Below, one piece after another: positions 8,604 to 18,744 of a stretch of DNA of 61,290 bases (the first letter of the stretch is position 1; each line of letters opens with the position of its first letter). The stretch comes from Myxococcota bacterium (GTDB lineage Bacteria > Myxococcota > JACRCW01). The notes below the pieces were generated by a model. The model was not told the DNA's origin. It did not search any database and saw only the letters and a program-made list of their open reading frames with translations. The stretch is from assembly GCA_040752415.1 (NCBI GenBank), contig JBFMGU010000026.1, forward strand, positions 1-61,290, read 5' to 3'. The translations under genes and the position numbers were made by a program.

Positions 8604-9623
8604 ATGGACGCCAACGCTTGTCCCTGCGCCGCGTGCGCACGCCATCCCCAGCATTCCGACGCGGAAGCGCATCGTCGCATCCGTGCGCTGCTCTCCTACG
8701 CGCGTCCCGAGGAACGACCCTGGTGCGCCGCCATGCTCCCCGACGGTGACGACGTGTTGGCGGCGGTGACCGGCATTGCTCTCGCCGAGCTGGCGCGCTG
8801 CCGCGGGCACCTGCGTCTCCAGGAGAACGACCTCACCGCGCAGCGCGCCCGTCGGGTGCAGCAGATGGCGGGGAGCCGCGACACGTTGGAGGTGCTGATG
8901 TCCGCGCTGCGCGAGCGGGAGCGGTGGCGCGCGGGGGATGTGCCGCACCTCGAGCTGGAGCTGGTGGTGGAGGGACGCAGGCTGCACGTCAGGGTCCCGC
9001 CCACGCGTGAGTCCATCCTGCTGGCCTTCGAGATCTTCGCCGACGACACGTACCGCCTCGACGGCGCGGGAGCGGTGCCAGTGATCTACGACGTGGGCGC
9101 GAACGTGGGGCTGGCCGCGCTGTACCTGCACGTGTGGCATCCGACGTCAAAGCTCGTCTGTGTGGAGCCGCTTCCGTCGAACGTGGCGCTCCTGTGCGAG
9201 AACCTGCAGCGCAACGGCGTGAACGCGGAGGTGCTGCCTTGCGCCGTCGCTCCCGACGACGGAGAGGTGACGCTGCATGTGCCGCAGGACTCGCACGCCA
9301 TGGCCTCCACGCAGCCTCTCCACGGTTGGACCACGCGGCAGGTGACGGTGCCGGCGCGTTCGTTCTCGTCGGTGCTGAGCGCGGACCGCTTCGGTTTGAA
9401 GCTGGATGCCGAGGGCGCGGAGCACCTGTTGACGAAGAGCCCGGAGGTGTTGCGCGGTGCGCGTTGGGTGGTGGGAGAGCTGCACGTGGGAGAGGGCGTG
9501 GTGTCTCCGACGGAGGCGCGGGCGTTCGAGGAGCTGCTCCGTCGGGAGTTTGCGTTGGAGCTTGCGCCGGCGGAGGCGTTTGGCGTCACGCTGACCCGCG
9601 CGTTCAAGGCGCGCAGAACCTGA
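8604..9623 (+). CDS. FkbM-family SAM methyltransferase with Cys/His-rich N-terminal extension
   Basis: IYDVGANVG, VEPLP, LKLDAEGAE (FkbM motifs); N-terminus CPCAAC..H..H. Confidence 0.85.
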   Translation: MDANACPCAACARHPQHSDAEAHRRIRALLSYARPEERPWCAAMLPDGDDVLAAVTGIALAELARCRGHLRLQENDLTAQRARRVQQMAGSRDTLEVLMSALRERERWRAGDVPHLELELVVEGRRLHVRVPPTRESILLAFEIFADDTYRLDGAGAVPVIYDVGANVGLAALYLHVWHPTSKLVCVEPLPSNVALLCENLQRNGVNAEVLPCAVAPDDGEVTLHVPQDSHAMASTQPLHGWTTRQVTVPARSFSSVLSADRFGLKLDAEGAEHLLTKSPEVLRGARWVVGELHVGEGVVSPTEARAFEELLRREFALELAPAEAFGVTLTRAFKARRT

Positions 9624-9661
9624 CGCTTTACCTCGCCCCCGCGCGACCGTAGGGTGGACCC

Positions 9662-10756
9662 ATGTCGTCCGCTTCCGTCGCTGCTGACGTTGGGACTCCG
9701 CTGCTGCGCGTGGTGGACGAGGACTTCCGTCGAGCGACCGTGCGCGTGCAGGCCCGTCCCACGCGGTTCTACCTGAACCTCACGGAGACCTGTCAGCTGC
9801 GCTGCTCCCACTGCATCACCCGTGCGCCGGTGATGACGGAGCAGGGCACCGCGCGCTCCATGACGTCGGAAGTGCTGGAGGCGCTGAGGCCGCACCTGCG
9901 CCACGCCACCTACGTGGGGTTCACGCACGCGGGCGAGCCCATGCTCTCGCCGGTGTTCATCCCGGTGCTCGACCTGCTGCGCGCGGAGCGCAACGGTCAG
10001 CCCACGGTCATCCACCTGCTTTCCAACGGGCAGGCCATGACGGAGACGCGCTTTGCGGAGGCGGTGCAGCGCGGGGTGAACTCGCTCAGCTTCTCCGTCG
10101 ACGGAATGAGCGCCCGGACGCATGACCTGTTGCGCATTGGCTCGCACATTGAACGGCTGCTCCCGCGCATTGCCGCGCTCGCCGCGCTCCGACGTCGTGA
10201 GGGTTGGGACGTGCGGATGGGGATTGCGTGGACCATCAGTCGCGACAACATCACCGAGCTGCCGGAGCTCATCCGCTTCGTCGCGGAGTCGGGACTCGAC
10301 TGGGTGAAGCTCGAGGAGATGTACCCGATCAACGGCTGCGCGGAAGGCCTGTTGGTCGATGAGCGCGTGCTGGCCGAGGCGGTGGCCAACGCCGAGCGGG
10401 AAGCGGAAGCGCGGGGCGTGCGCCTGCTCGATCACACGCGGGACATGCAGGTCTGGAAGTGCAGGCTCCACGACGACGAGCGGATGGCGCGTTTCAGTCG
10501 GATGGATGACTTCGTCAACCGCATGGAGATCAATTCCTGTCGGCTGCCGTATGAGCTGTGTTGCGTGGAGCCCGACGGGATGGTGAAGCCCATGAGCTTC
10601 CACCATCCGCCCGCCGGCAACGTGCTGCAGCAGGACCTCATGGCCATCTGGAACTCACCCATGTTCTTCATGGCGCGACAGGAATCCGTGCGGGCCCGCC
10701 TGTGCCTCATGCAAGGCCCCACCTGCTCTCCCGACGTGGGGCCCACGGGTTGGTGA
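9662..10756 (+). CDS. Radical SAM protein with SPASM/twitch-like C-terminus
   Basis: CQLRCSHC, AGEPML, SVDG; C-terminal CRLPY..EPDG..GNV..DLMAIWNS. Confidence 0.9.
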   Translation: MSSASVAADVGTPLLRVVDEDFRRATVRVQARPTRFYLNLTETCQLRCSHCITRAPVMTEQGTARSMTSEVLEALRPHLRHATYVGFTHAGEPMLSPVFIPVLDLLRAERNGQPTVIHLLSNGQAMTETRFAEAVQRGVNSLSFSVDGMSARTHDLLRIGSHIERLLPRIAALAALRRREGWDVRMGIAWTISRDNITELPELIRFVAESGLDWVKLEEMYPINGCAEGLLVDERVLAEAVANAEREAEARGVRLLDHTRDMQVWKCRLHDDERMARFSRMDDFVNRMEINSCRLPYELCCVEPDGMVKPMSFHHPPAGNVLQQDLMAIWNSPMFFMARQESVRARLCLMQGPTCSPDVGPTGW

Positions 10757-10760
10757 CCGC

Positions 10761-12689
10761 ATGACACCGCGCGTACCGGTGCAGTTCCACTTCCGCGACG
10801 AGCCCGGGCAGCTCGTGGAGCTCGCGGGGGATTTCCCGGACTGGAAGTATCCCGTCGTCATGACGGAAGTGTCTCCGGGTGAGTATCGCTGCACCCTGGA
10901 GTTGGCGCCCGGCATCTACCGGTACAAGTTTCGCGTCAATCAACGTCGCTGGGAGCTGGACCCCCACGCGCGCGTTCGCGACGACGCGGAAGGTCACCTC
11001 AACGCGATTGTCACCGTGGGCGGCGTTGCGGGTCCGCTGCACTTCGCGCCGGATCGTCGACACGTGGTGTGGTGGGAGGATGGGACGTTCCAGGTGCACG
11101 CGGAGATGGACGCGCACCATCTTCCGCCGGGGAGCGTGTGGGTGCAGGGCAGGGAGACCGTGCATCTTCCACTGCGGGTGGTTGGACGTCGTGGACAGCG
11201 GCTCATGCTGGTGGCGCAGGGCGGGATTCCGACGGACGCGGCGTGGTTTGGCTTTGATGGCCTCCCGGAGCTGGCCTTCGCGGTTCCTCCTCGTCGAAAC
11301 GCGCTGGCGCAGCCGCCGGCCTGGCTCCCGGGCGCGGTGTTCTACGGCATCTTCGTCGACCGCTGGCACCGTGGCCGGAGCTCCCCACCCGACGAGCGCG
11401 CCAGCCCACCGACGACACCGTCCGCGCAGCCCGTCTTCTACGGTGGTGACCTGGACGGAATCACCGAGGGGCTGCCGTACCTGCGCGCGCTCGGCGTCGA
11501 CGCGCTGGTGCTGACGCCCATCCAGCTCTCCCCGTCATCACACCGTTACGATCCCACCGACCTCATGACCATTGACCCGCGGCTTGGTGGCGAGGTGGCG
11601 TTGCGTCGGCTGGTGGATGGTGCGCACGCGTCGGGATTGCGCGTGGTGTTGGATGCCGCCGTCACCCACGTCAATGAGCAGCATCCCGCGTTCCAGGACG
11701 TGCTGCGGCGCCAAGAGGAGTCCCCGTACCGCGGCTGGTTCCGCATCAAGCGCTTCCCCGTCCGCGCCCGCGACGCCACGACGTTCGAGCACTACTACAA
11801 CGGCCCGCATCTCCCGTGGCTGGACCTGCGCCCCGGGCCCGCGCGCGAGCACGTCATCACGGCGATGGAGAAGCTGGTGGACCTGGGCATTGACGGTCTG
11901 CGCCTGGACGCCATGAACGACGCGCCCGAGGACTTCTGGCGTGAGCTGCGGGCCCGGACCCGCGCGCGCAACCCTGAGCTGCTCCTGCTGGGGGAGATTG
12001 TCTCCGACGTGCCCGCGCGGTTCGCGGAGGAGCGCGGCGTCGACGTGGCCACCGACTTCCAACACCGCGAGGCGATGCTGGGGTTCCTGGCGCGTGGCAG
12101 CATGGATGCGCGCGAGCTGTGGGAGCTGACGACGTTCCAGCGGCACCGCATGGGTCCCTTCTCGTCGACCTTTCCGCTGCTCTTCCTGGACAACCATGAC
12201 ACGCGACGCTTCATGTCCGTGGCGTGGACCTACGAGCGCTTGCGCCTGGCGTTGACGTATCTCCTCACGCGACCGGAACCGGTGTGGCTCACCTACGGGA
12301 CGGAGGTGGGCATCTTCGGCGGTGGCGTCGTCTCCGAGCTGGATGCGGCGTGGACCGAGCGCATTCCCATGCCACCCCTAGACCGTCCTCCCACGTCGAC
12401 CGCGGAGCTGGTGCGCACCCTGTGCCGGCTCCGTCACGACGTGCGCGCGTTGCGCGACGGCTCGCTGCGGCTGGTCCACGCGCGCGGCCCCCTGCTCATC
12501 TACGACCGCGTGACGCCGGACCAGGGCGTGCGCGTGATGCTCAACGTCGGGGTTGAGCCGGTGGCGGTGGGAGCGTGGATTCCCGTCGGAGGACGGGTGT
12601 TGCTGCACGTCAACGAAACAACGGGTGGGGCCGGGGAAACCCTGGCAGGATACGGCGCCAGGCTCTTCCAGGTGCGCTCCGAGCCTTGA
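10761..12689 (+). CDS. GH13 alpha-amylase-family (neopullulanase/cyclomaltodextrinase-like) enzyme with N-terminal CBM48/AMPK-type glycogen-binding domain
   Basis: LAGDFPDW..LAPGIYRYKF (CBM48); FYGGDLDGI, HRYD, GLRLDA (nucleophile), LGEI, FLDNHDT; no signal peptide. Confidence 0.9.
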   Translation: MTPRVPVQFHFRDEPGQLVELAGDFPDWKYPVVMTEVSPGEYRCTLELAPGIYRYKFRVNQRRWELDPHARVRDDAEGHLNAIVTVGGVAGPLHFAPDRRHVVWWEDGTFQVHAEMDAHHLPPGSVWVQGRETVHLPLRVVGRRGQRLMLVAQGGIPTDAAWFGFDGLPELAFAVPPRRNALAQPPAWLPGAVFYGIFVDRWHRGRSSPPDERASPPTTPSAQPVFYGGDLDGITEGLPYLRALGVDALVLTPIQLSPSSHRYDPTDLMTIDPRLGGEVALRRLVDGAHASGLRVVLDAAVTHVNEQHPAFQDVLRRQEESPYRGWFRIKRFPVRARDATTFEHYYNGPHLPWLDLRPGPAREHVITAMEKLVDLGIDGLRLDAMNDAPEDFWRELRARTRARNPELLLLGEIVSDVPARFAEERGVDVATDFQHREAMLGFLARGSMDARELWELTTFQRHRMGPFSSTFPLLFLDNHDTRRFMSVAWTYERLRLALTYLLTRPEPVWLTYGTEVGIFGGGVVSELDAAWTERIPMPPLDRPPTSTAELVRTLCRLRHDVRALRDGSLRLVHARGPLLIYDRVTPDQGVRVMLNVGVEPVAVGAWIPVGGRVLLHVNETTGGAGETLAGYGARLFQVRSEP

Positions 12690-12750
12690 TTTTACGGTGT
12701 AATCGCCCTACGCCCGCGGTCCAGCCCTTCAACCCACTGCGAGGTATCCC

Positions 12751-13527
12751 GTGTCCAGCTTCAAGATCATGCCGCGCAACACCATCCCGATCTCCGACCT
12801 CAAGAACCCGGCGATGGAGGAACTGGCCAAGCAGTACGACGTTGGCAGCAAGGGTTACCTGACCACGGAGGAGGCGTTCCGTCTCTACGCGGCCAAGAAC
12901 AACGACGTGCAGCCCACCAACATCCAGGACGTGCTGACGTTCCTGGGTGGCGCGCAGCACAAGATGACGGTGCGGCACATGGACGCGTGGGAGGTCCTGG
13001 GCTCGCCGTGGCTGGCGTCAAACTGGAAGGGCGATTTCAGCGTGAAGGAGTTTGGCGCGGGCAACGTGCGCGTGGGTCGCGACATCCGCCCCGACTACAC
13101 CAGCCGCACGCCGGGCGCGCAGATTGACCAGTTCGTGTTCCTCATCGACATGAACCTCGTCGACCAGCGCAAGCTCACGCAGGACCTGGCCAACGCCACG
13201 GTGGTGGTGGGTCCCAAGGGCTGGAAGCCGGAGGCGGGCTCGTCGGTGGCGGAGGCGGTGGAGATTCCGTTGGCCCTGGCCACGCAGGAGGGCTACCAGT
13301 CCTACAGCCGCTCCGGCGGCGGAAGCTGGGTGCCGGAGAAGAAGTTCCTGGCCGCCGCGGTGGACACCGAGGACCTGCGCGCGCTGGCCGGCAACGAGGG
13401 TGAGCTGGAGTTCTTCGTGCGGCTGCAGACCAATGAGGGCCGCACGCTGTACATCAACAAGGACGGCCAGCCCATGAACAACTTCCACGTCAGCGGCTCG
13501 GACCTCAAGTCCAGCGGCAACCCGTAA
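12751..13527 (+). CDS. Hypothetical protein (258 aa); EF-hand-like loop near the N-terminus
   Basis: GTG start with GAGG RBS; high GC3; DVGSKGYLTTEE fits an EF-hand-like loop. Confidence 0.8.
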   Translation: MSSFKIMPRNTIPISDLKNPAMEELAKQYDVGSKGYLTTEEAFRLYAAKNNDVQPTNIQDVLTFLGGAQHKMTVRHMDAWEVLGSPWLASNWKGDFSVKEFGAGNVRVGRDIRPDYTSRTPGAQIDQFVFLIDMNLVDQRKLTQDLANATVVVGPKGWKPEAGSSVAEAVEIPLALATQEGYQSYSRSGGGSWVPEKKFLAAAVDTEDLRALAGNEGELEFFVRLQTNEGRTLYINKDGQPMNNFHVSGSDLKSSGNP

Positions 13528-13617
13528 TCCGCACCCCACCACGTGGATTGGCACAACGGCGTCCGCGAAGGGCGCCGTTGGCATTTCTGGGGAAGGACCT
13601 CGACGCCACGCGGGAGG

Positions 13618-13908
13618 TCACTGCCAACGCCCCGCCAACGAGCACAACGTGCTGGAGCGCGAGGCGCGGGCCCGGACGAAGGCATAGACCCCGAACGCCG
13701 CGCCACCAACCGCCAACGCCACCGCCACGGGGAGGCGACGACGTCGTCTTGGGCGCTGCGTCGCGCTCGGCCCGGCGTGCGCGGGTGGCGGTGATTCGCG
13801 TGCAGACGCGGACCGCGGCTTGCGCCCTCGGCCACGCGCAATCCGCCGCACCGGGTGCCATGGCCAGAGGTCGCGCACGGTGCTGCGGAGGTCCGGGACG
13901 GGACGCAT
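13618..13908 (-). CDS. Small basic protein with one C-terminal hydrophobic helix (96 aa)
   Basis: CAGGAGGT RBS immediately upstream of ATG 13908; LPVAVALAVGGAAFGVYAFV hydrophobic segment; divergent from phoB. Confidence 0.45.
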   Translation of the reverse strand: MRPVPDLRSTVRDLWPWHPVRRIARGRGRKPRSASARESPPPAHAGPSATQRPRRRRRLPVAVALAVGGAAFGVYAFVRARASRSSTLCSLAGRWQ

Positions 13909-14002
13909 GGTTACCTCCTGGCCTTCACCTACCGACGGGGAGACGGGGCGCAATTCACGCACGACGAGCAGGCTGGGACGCGACGGCAAGCAGGCCAGGA
14001 CG

Positions 14003-14020
14003 TGTCACAGGAATGTCACA
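14003..14020 (+). promoter_or_regulatory. Pho box upstream of phoB
   Basis: TGTCACA-GGAA-TGTCACA direct repeat with 11-bp period, matching the PhoB consensus. Confidence 0.75.
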
Positions 14021-14160
14021 CGCGTGATTCTGGCGGCCCGTCCGTGACGCCGTCACAATCGGTCCGTGGTTGTCCGTGGGGCGCGGAAGGTCAGGGTTGA
14101 ATCCGCGTCGACGGACGGGCACAGTGCGCCACCCAACGTTCAACCGAGGTCCAAACCCAG

Positions 14161-14862
14161 ATGGCTCGCGTGCTGGTCATCGAGGATGAGCACGATCTCC
14201 AGGAGATCCTGCAGTACAACCTGCGCCAGGCGGGGCACGAGGTGTTTGCCGCCACCACGGGACAGGAGGGCTTGCGGCTCGCGCGCAGCGGACAGCCGGA
14301 GGTGATCCTGCTGGACATCATGCTCCCGGATATGCCGGGGACGGAGATTGCGCGTGCGCTCCGTCGCGACCGTGCCACGGAGGCGGTTCCGTTCATCATG
14401 GTCACGGCCAAGGGTGAAGAAGTGGACCGCGTGGTGGGCCTGGAGCTGGGCGCCGACGACTACGTGGTCAAGCCTTTCAGCGTGCGGGAGCTCCTGTTGC
14501 GCATCCAGGCGGTGCTGAAGCGTTCCGGCGCGCGTGCGCAGGAGCCCACCGGCGTCACCCAGTTCGGCTGCCTGCGGCTGGACCGTCCGGGCCACCGCAC
14601 CTGGGTGGAGGACAAGGAGGTGGAGCTGACCAACCTGGAGTTCAAGCTCCTCCTGGTGCTGCTGGATCGTCGGGGGCGCGTGCAGACGCGCAACACGCTG
14701 CTGCGGGACGTCTGGGACATTGCCGCCGACGTCACCACGCGCACCGTGGACACGCACGTCAAGCGCCTACGGGAGAAGCTGGGCGCGGCGGGCGGCTACA
14801 TCGAGACGGTGCGCGGCGTGGGCTACCGCTTCTCGGAGGCGCCGCGCGTGGAGGCGACGTAG
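14161..14862 (+). CDS. phoB: Phosphate regulon response regulator PhoB
   Basis: REC domain (IEDE, LLDIMLP, GADDYVVKPF) + OmpR winged helix (RTVDTHVKRLREKLG, IETVRGVGYRF); next to the pst genes. Confidence 0.9.
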   Translation: MARVLVIEDEHDLQEILQYNLRQAGHEVFAATTGQEGLRLARSGQPEVILLDIMLPDMPGTEIARALRRDRATEAVPFIMVTAKGEEVDRVVGLELGADDYVVKPFSVRELLLRIQAVLKRSGARAQEPTGVTQFGCLRLDRPGHRTWVEDKEVELTNLEFKLLLVLLDRRGRVQTRNTLLRDVWDIAADVTTRTVDTHVKRLREKLGAAGGYIETVRGVGYRFSEAPRVEAT

Positions 14863-14869
14863 GCCCGGC

Positions 14870-16651
14870 ATGGACTTCCGCGCCAAGCTCTTCCTGGTGG
14901 CGTTCGCGCTGGTGGCCGCGTCGGTGGGCTTTGCCGACGTGTTCCTCACCCGTGCCCTGGAGGACATCCTCACGCAGCGCATCCGCGACGACATGTTCAT
15001 CCGCCTGCACCTGGTGCAACGGGAGGCGGACCAGTCCGGGTATTCCCCCACCGACGTGCAGGCCTGGGACGCACTGGCCGACGACCTGGGAGCGCGCGCG
15101 CGGGCCCGCGTCACGTTGATGAACATCCAGGGCGTGGTGACCGGTGACTCCGAGGTGCCGCTGCACCGCCTCGCCCTCGTCGACAACCATCTGCATCGAC
15201 CGGAGGTGCAGGAGGCGTTGGCCACCGGTCGCGGCAGCAGCTCCCGCTTCAGCGCCACCGTGCGCGAGCGCATGTTGTACGCGGCCATCCCGTACGGGCC
15301 ACCGGGTGCGCCCATTGGCGTGGCGCGCGTGGCGTTGTCCTTGAGTGAGGTGGACGCCGCCATTGCCCGCGTGCACGGCCTGCTGCTCATTGCCTCCCTG
15401 CTGGCCCTGGCGTTGGCGGCGCTGCTCTCCAGCGCGGCTGCGCACTGGATGAGCTCCACGGTGCGTCAGCTCACCCGCGTGGCCAGTGGCATGGCCGGCG
15501 GAGACCTCACGCTGCGCACGCGCATCAAGGGACGGGATGAGATGACCTCCCTGGCGCACGCGCTCAACGCCATGGCGGATGGCCTGTCCCGCACGCTCAA
15601 TGACCTGCGCACGGAGCGCGACCTGCAGGCCCGCATCCTGGAGAGCATGCACGAGGGCGTGCTGGTGCTGGATGCGCAGGGACGCGTGGCGGTGGTGAAT
15701 GCCGCGCTGCGCGAGACGCTGCTGCTGGGCGCCGACGTGGTGGGGCGCTCTCCGTTGGAGATCATCCGCAACGCGGACCTGCAGGCGGCGTTGGATGAGG
15801 CGCGGGCGCGCGGCGCGCCGGTGAGTCGGGAGGTGGAGATTGGCGGGATGACGCCGCGCCGGCTGATTGTCCGCGCGTCCCCGCTCTCCGGAGAGCCGCC
15901 CGGCATGGTGGCCGTCCTCGTCGACGTCACCGACGTGCGCCGCCTGGAGTCCATCCGCAAGGAGTTCGTGGCCAACGTGAGCCATGAGCTGCGCACGCCC
16001 ATCCACGCCATCCGCTCCGCCGTGGAGACATTGATGGGTGGCGCCAAGGATGAGCCCGCCGCGCGCGACCGCTTCATTGCCATCATCGAGCGTCACGCCG
16101 AGCGGCTGGGCAACCTGGTGGAGGACCTGCTCGAGCTTTCACGCATCGAGTCGCGCCAGGTGAAGCTGAGCCCGGCGCCGCTGGACTGCGCGGAGTCCAT
16201 GCACAAGGCCACGTCGCTGTGCCAGGAGCAGGCGGACCGCAAGGGCGTGCGCCTGATGGTGGAGCCACCCGTCGGGGCCATCCAGGTGCAGGCGGACCGC
16301 CGTGCCGTGGAGCAGGTGCTCACCAACCTGGTGGACAACGCCATCAAGTACTCCCCGTCGGGCGCGCGCGTGACGCTGCGGGCGGAGCTGCGCAACGGAG
16401 AGGTCCTCATGAGCGTGACCGACACCGGGCCGGGCATTGCACCCCGCCACGTCCCGCACCTGTTTGAGCGCTTCTACCGCGCCGACACCGGTCGTTCGCG
16501 CGACATGGGCGGAACCGGGCTGGGCCTCTCCATCGTGAAACACCTGGTGGAGAACATGGGGGGGAGCGTGGGCGTCGACAGCGCCGAGGGAAAGGGCTCC
16601 ACGTTCTGGTTCACGCTGCCCCCCGTGGAAGCGTCCTCCGACGCGGCCTGA
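14870..16651 (+). CDS. phoR: Phosphate sensor histidine kinase PhoR (HAMP-PAS-HisKA-HATPase)
   Basis: Two TM segments, [45 protein letters not shown]. Confidence 0.9.
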   Translation: MDFRAKLFLVAFALVAASVGFADVFLTRALEDILTQRIRDDMFIRLHLVQREADQSGYSPTDVQAWDALADDLGARARARVTLMNIQGVVTGDSEVPLHRLALVDNHLHRPEVQEALATGRGSSSRFSATVRERMLYAAIPYGPPGAPIGVARVALSLSEVDAAIARVHGLLLIASLLALALAALLSSAAAHWMSSTVRQLTRVASGMAGGDLTLRTRIKGRDEMTSLAHALNAMADGLSRTLNDLRTERDLQARILESMHEGVLVLDAQGRVAVVNAALRETLLLGADVVGRSPLEIIRNADLQAALDEARARGAPVSREVEIGGMTPRRLIVRASPLSGEPPGMVAVLVDVTDVRRLESIRKEFVANVSHELRTPIHAIRSAVETLMGGAKDEPAARDRFIAIIERHAERLGNLVEDLLELSRIESRQVKLSPAPLDCAESMHKATSLCQEQADRKGVRLMVEPPVGAIQVQADRRAVEQVLTNLVDNAIKYSPSGARVTLRAELRNGEVLMSVTDTGPGIAPRHVPHLFERFYRADTGRSRDMGGTGLGLSIVKHLVENMGGSVGVDSAEGKGSTFWFTLPPVEASSDAA

Positions 16652-16667
16652 GCCCGTCCGGCGAACT

Positions 16668-16696
16668 GTTCACCAAACTGTCACAACCATGACACC
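16668..16696 (+). promoter_or_regulatory. Pho boxes upstream of pstS
   Basis: Three half-sites at 11-bp period: GTTCACC (16668), TGTCACA (16679), TGACACC (16690). Confidence 0.7.
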
Positions 16697-16822
16697 CCGC
16701 CGCGACCTCCCGCGGGCAGAACGCCGAACGCGCGTCACGCGGGGGCGTGTCTCCGTCCTGGGCCTGGTTGGCCCGACGTCAGTGCGCGCGCGCGGCGTTG
16801 GCCCTTTCCGGAGTCGGTGACC

Positions 16823-17842
16823 ATGCAGAGTCGAATGTTGCAGGCAACGTGGCTTCTCGTGGTGATGACGGCGTGTCGACCGACGGGCCAGCAGGGGGCT
16901 CCCGCGCAACAGGTCCGCGCGGATGGCTCCAGCACCGTCTTCCCCATCACCGAGGCCATGGCGGAGGAGTTCCGCGCGCAGCGGCCCGACGTCCAGGTCA
17001 CCGCCGCCGTCTCCGGCACGGGCGGTGGGTTCAAGCGGCTGTGCGCGGGAGAGGCGGACCTGGTGGGCGCGTCCCGGCCCATCAAGGGCGCGGAGCTGGA
17101 GGCGTGCGCCAAGAGCGGCGTCACCTTCGTGGAGCTGCCGGTGGCGTACGACGGGCTGGCGGTGGTGGTGAATCCCAGGAACACCTGGGCGCAGGCCATC
17201 ACCGTCGAGGAGCTGCGCAAGATCTGGCAGCCGGAGTCCCAGGGGCGCGTGATGACGTGGAAGGACGTGCGCGCGGACTGGCCGGACACGCCGCTGCGCC
17301 TGTTTGGTCCCGGCGTGGACAGCGGCACGTACGACTACTTCACCGAGGCGATCATCCACCGTGAGCACGCCAGCCGCGGTGATTTCACCTCCAGCGAGGA
17401 CGACAACATCCTGGTGCAGGGCGTCTCCCGCGACGAGGGCGCGCTGGGCTTCTTTGGCTACGGCTACTACGCGGAGAACCAGGACAAGCTGCGTCTCCTC
17501 CCGGTTGACGACGGAAACGAAGCCAACGGAGCCGGCGCGGTGGCCCCCTCACCGGAGACGGTGCGCAACGGCAGCTACCAGCCGCTCTCCCGGCCGCTGT
17601 TCGTCTACGTCTCCGCGCGCGCGCTGGAGCGTCCGGAGGTGCTCTCCTTCATCAGCTTCTACCTGCAGCAGGCGCCCAAGCTGGTGGGGCAGGTGGGCTA
17701 CGTGCCGCTGCAGGAACGTGGCTACCAGCTGGCGCAGCGTCGGCTGGAGGCCAGGACGCCGGGCTCCCTGTTCGGCGGGAAGGGCGCGCAGGTGGGCGTC
17801 ACCGTGGAGTCGTTGTTGGAGAAGGCGGGGCCGGGGCTGTGA
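16823..17842 (+). CDS. pstS: Phosphate ABC transporter substrate-binding lipoprotein
   Basis: Lipobox MTAC; DGSSTVFP, SGTGGGFK, DSGTYDYF, YQPLSRPLFVY. Confidence 0.93.
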   Translation: MQSRMLQATWLLVVMTACRPTGQQGAPAQQVRADGSSTVFPITEAMAEEFRAQRPDVQVTAAVSGTGGGFKRLCAGEADLVGASRPIKGAELEACAKSGVTFVELPVAYDGLAVVVNPRNTWAQAITVEELRKIWQPESQGRVMTWKDVRADWPDTPLRLFGPGVDSGTYDYFTEAIIHREHASRGDFTSSEDDNILVQGVSRDEGALGFFGYGYYAENQDKLRLLPVDDGNEANGAGAVAPSPETVRNGSYQPLSRPLFVYVSARALERPEVLSFISFYLQQAPKLVGQVGYVPLQERGYQLAQRRLEARTPGSLFGGKGAQVGVTVESLLEKAGPGL

Positions 17843-18744
17843 ACGCGCAGGTGCTGGAAACGCCGCGCTCGTGGCCGGAGCGGTTGACGCGGGGCGGCCT
17901 GGCCATCTGCGGCCTGGTGAGCGTCCTGACCGCCGCCGCCATCCTGGCCGTGCTGGCGGTGGAGAGCACCTCGTTCTTCCAACACGTCCCGCTGAGCCGG
18001 TTCCTGACGGAGCGCGAGTGGACGCCGCTGTTCGCGGACCAGCACTTTGGCATCTGGCCGCTGGTGGCGGGGACTGCGCTGACCACCGCGTGCGCCATGG
18101 CGGTGGCATTGCCGCTGGGACTGCTGGCGGCCATCCAGCTGGCGGAGTTCTCGTCGTGGCGGACGCGCCGCGTGGTCAAGCCCATCCTGGAGATGCTGGC
18201 CGCCGTTCCCACCGTGGCGCTCGGGTATTTCGCGCTCATCGTCGTCACGCCGGCGTTGCAGGAGGTGATTCCCGGGTTGAGCAGCTTCAACGCGCTCAGC
18301 GCGGGCCTGATGATGGGCATCATGATCCTCCCGCTGGTGGCGTCCCTGGTTGACGACGCCATCCGCGCGGTTCCCACCGCCCTGCGCGAGGGCGCGTACG
18401 GCCTGGGCGCCACGCGCACCGCGGCGATCTTCCGCGTGGTGCTTCCCACCGCGGCCTCGGGAATCGCGGCGGCGTGTCTGCTCGCGGTGAGTCGCGCCGT
18501 CGGGGAGACCATGATCGTGGCCATTGCGGCGGGACAGCAGCCCCAGCTCACCGCGGACCCACGTCAGCCGGTGGAGACCATGACGTCGTACATCGTGAAG
18601 GTCTCCATGGGCGACACGCCCGCGGGCACACTCGAGTTCCAGACCATCTTCGCCGTGGGGCTCGCGCTGTTCCTGATGACGCTGGTCCTCAACATGCTCG
18701 CGCACCATCTCAGGGGACGCATCCTCAAGGGAGGTCGGCTGTGA
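17839..18744 (+). CDS. pstC: Phosphate ABC transporter permease PstC
   Basis: [36 protein letters not shown]. Confidence 0.93.
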   Translation: MNAQVLETPRSWPERLTRGGLAICGLVSVLTAAAILAVLAVESTSFFQHVPLSRFLTEREWTPLFADQHFGIWPLVAGTALTTACAMAVALPLGLLAAIQLAEFSSWRTRRVVKPILEMLAAVPTVALGYFALIVVTPALQEVIPGLSSFNALSAGLMMGIMILPLVASLVDDAIRAVPTALREGAYGLGATRTAAIFRVVLPTAASGIAAACLLAVSRAVGETMIVAIAAGQQPQLTADPRQPVETMTSYIVKVSMGDTPAGTLEFQTIFAVGLALFLMTLVLNMLAHHLRGRILKGGRL

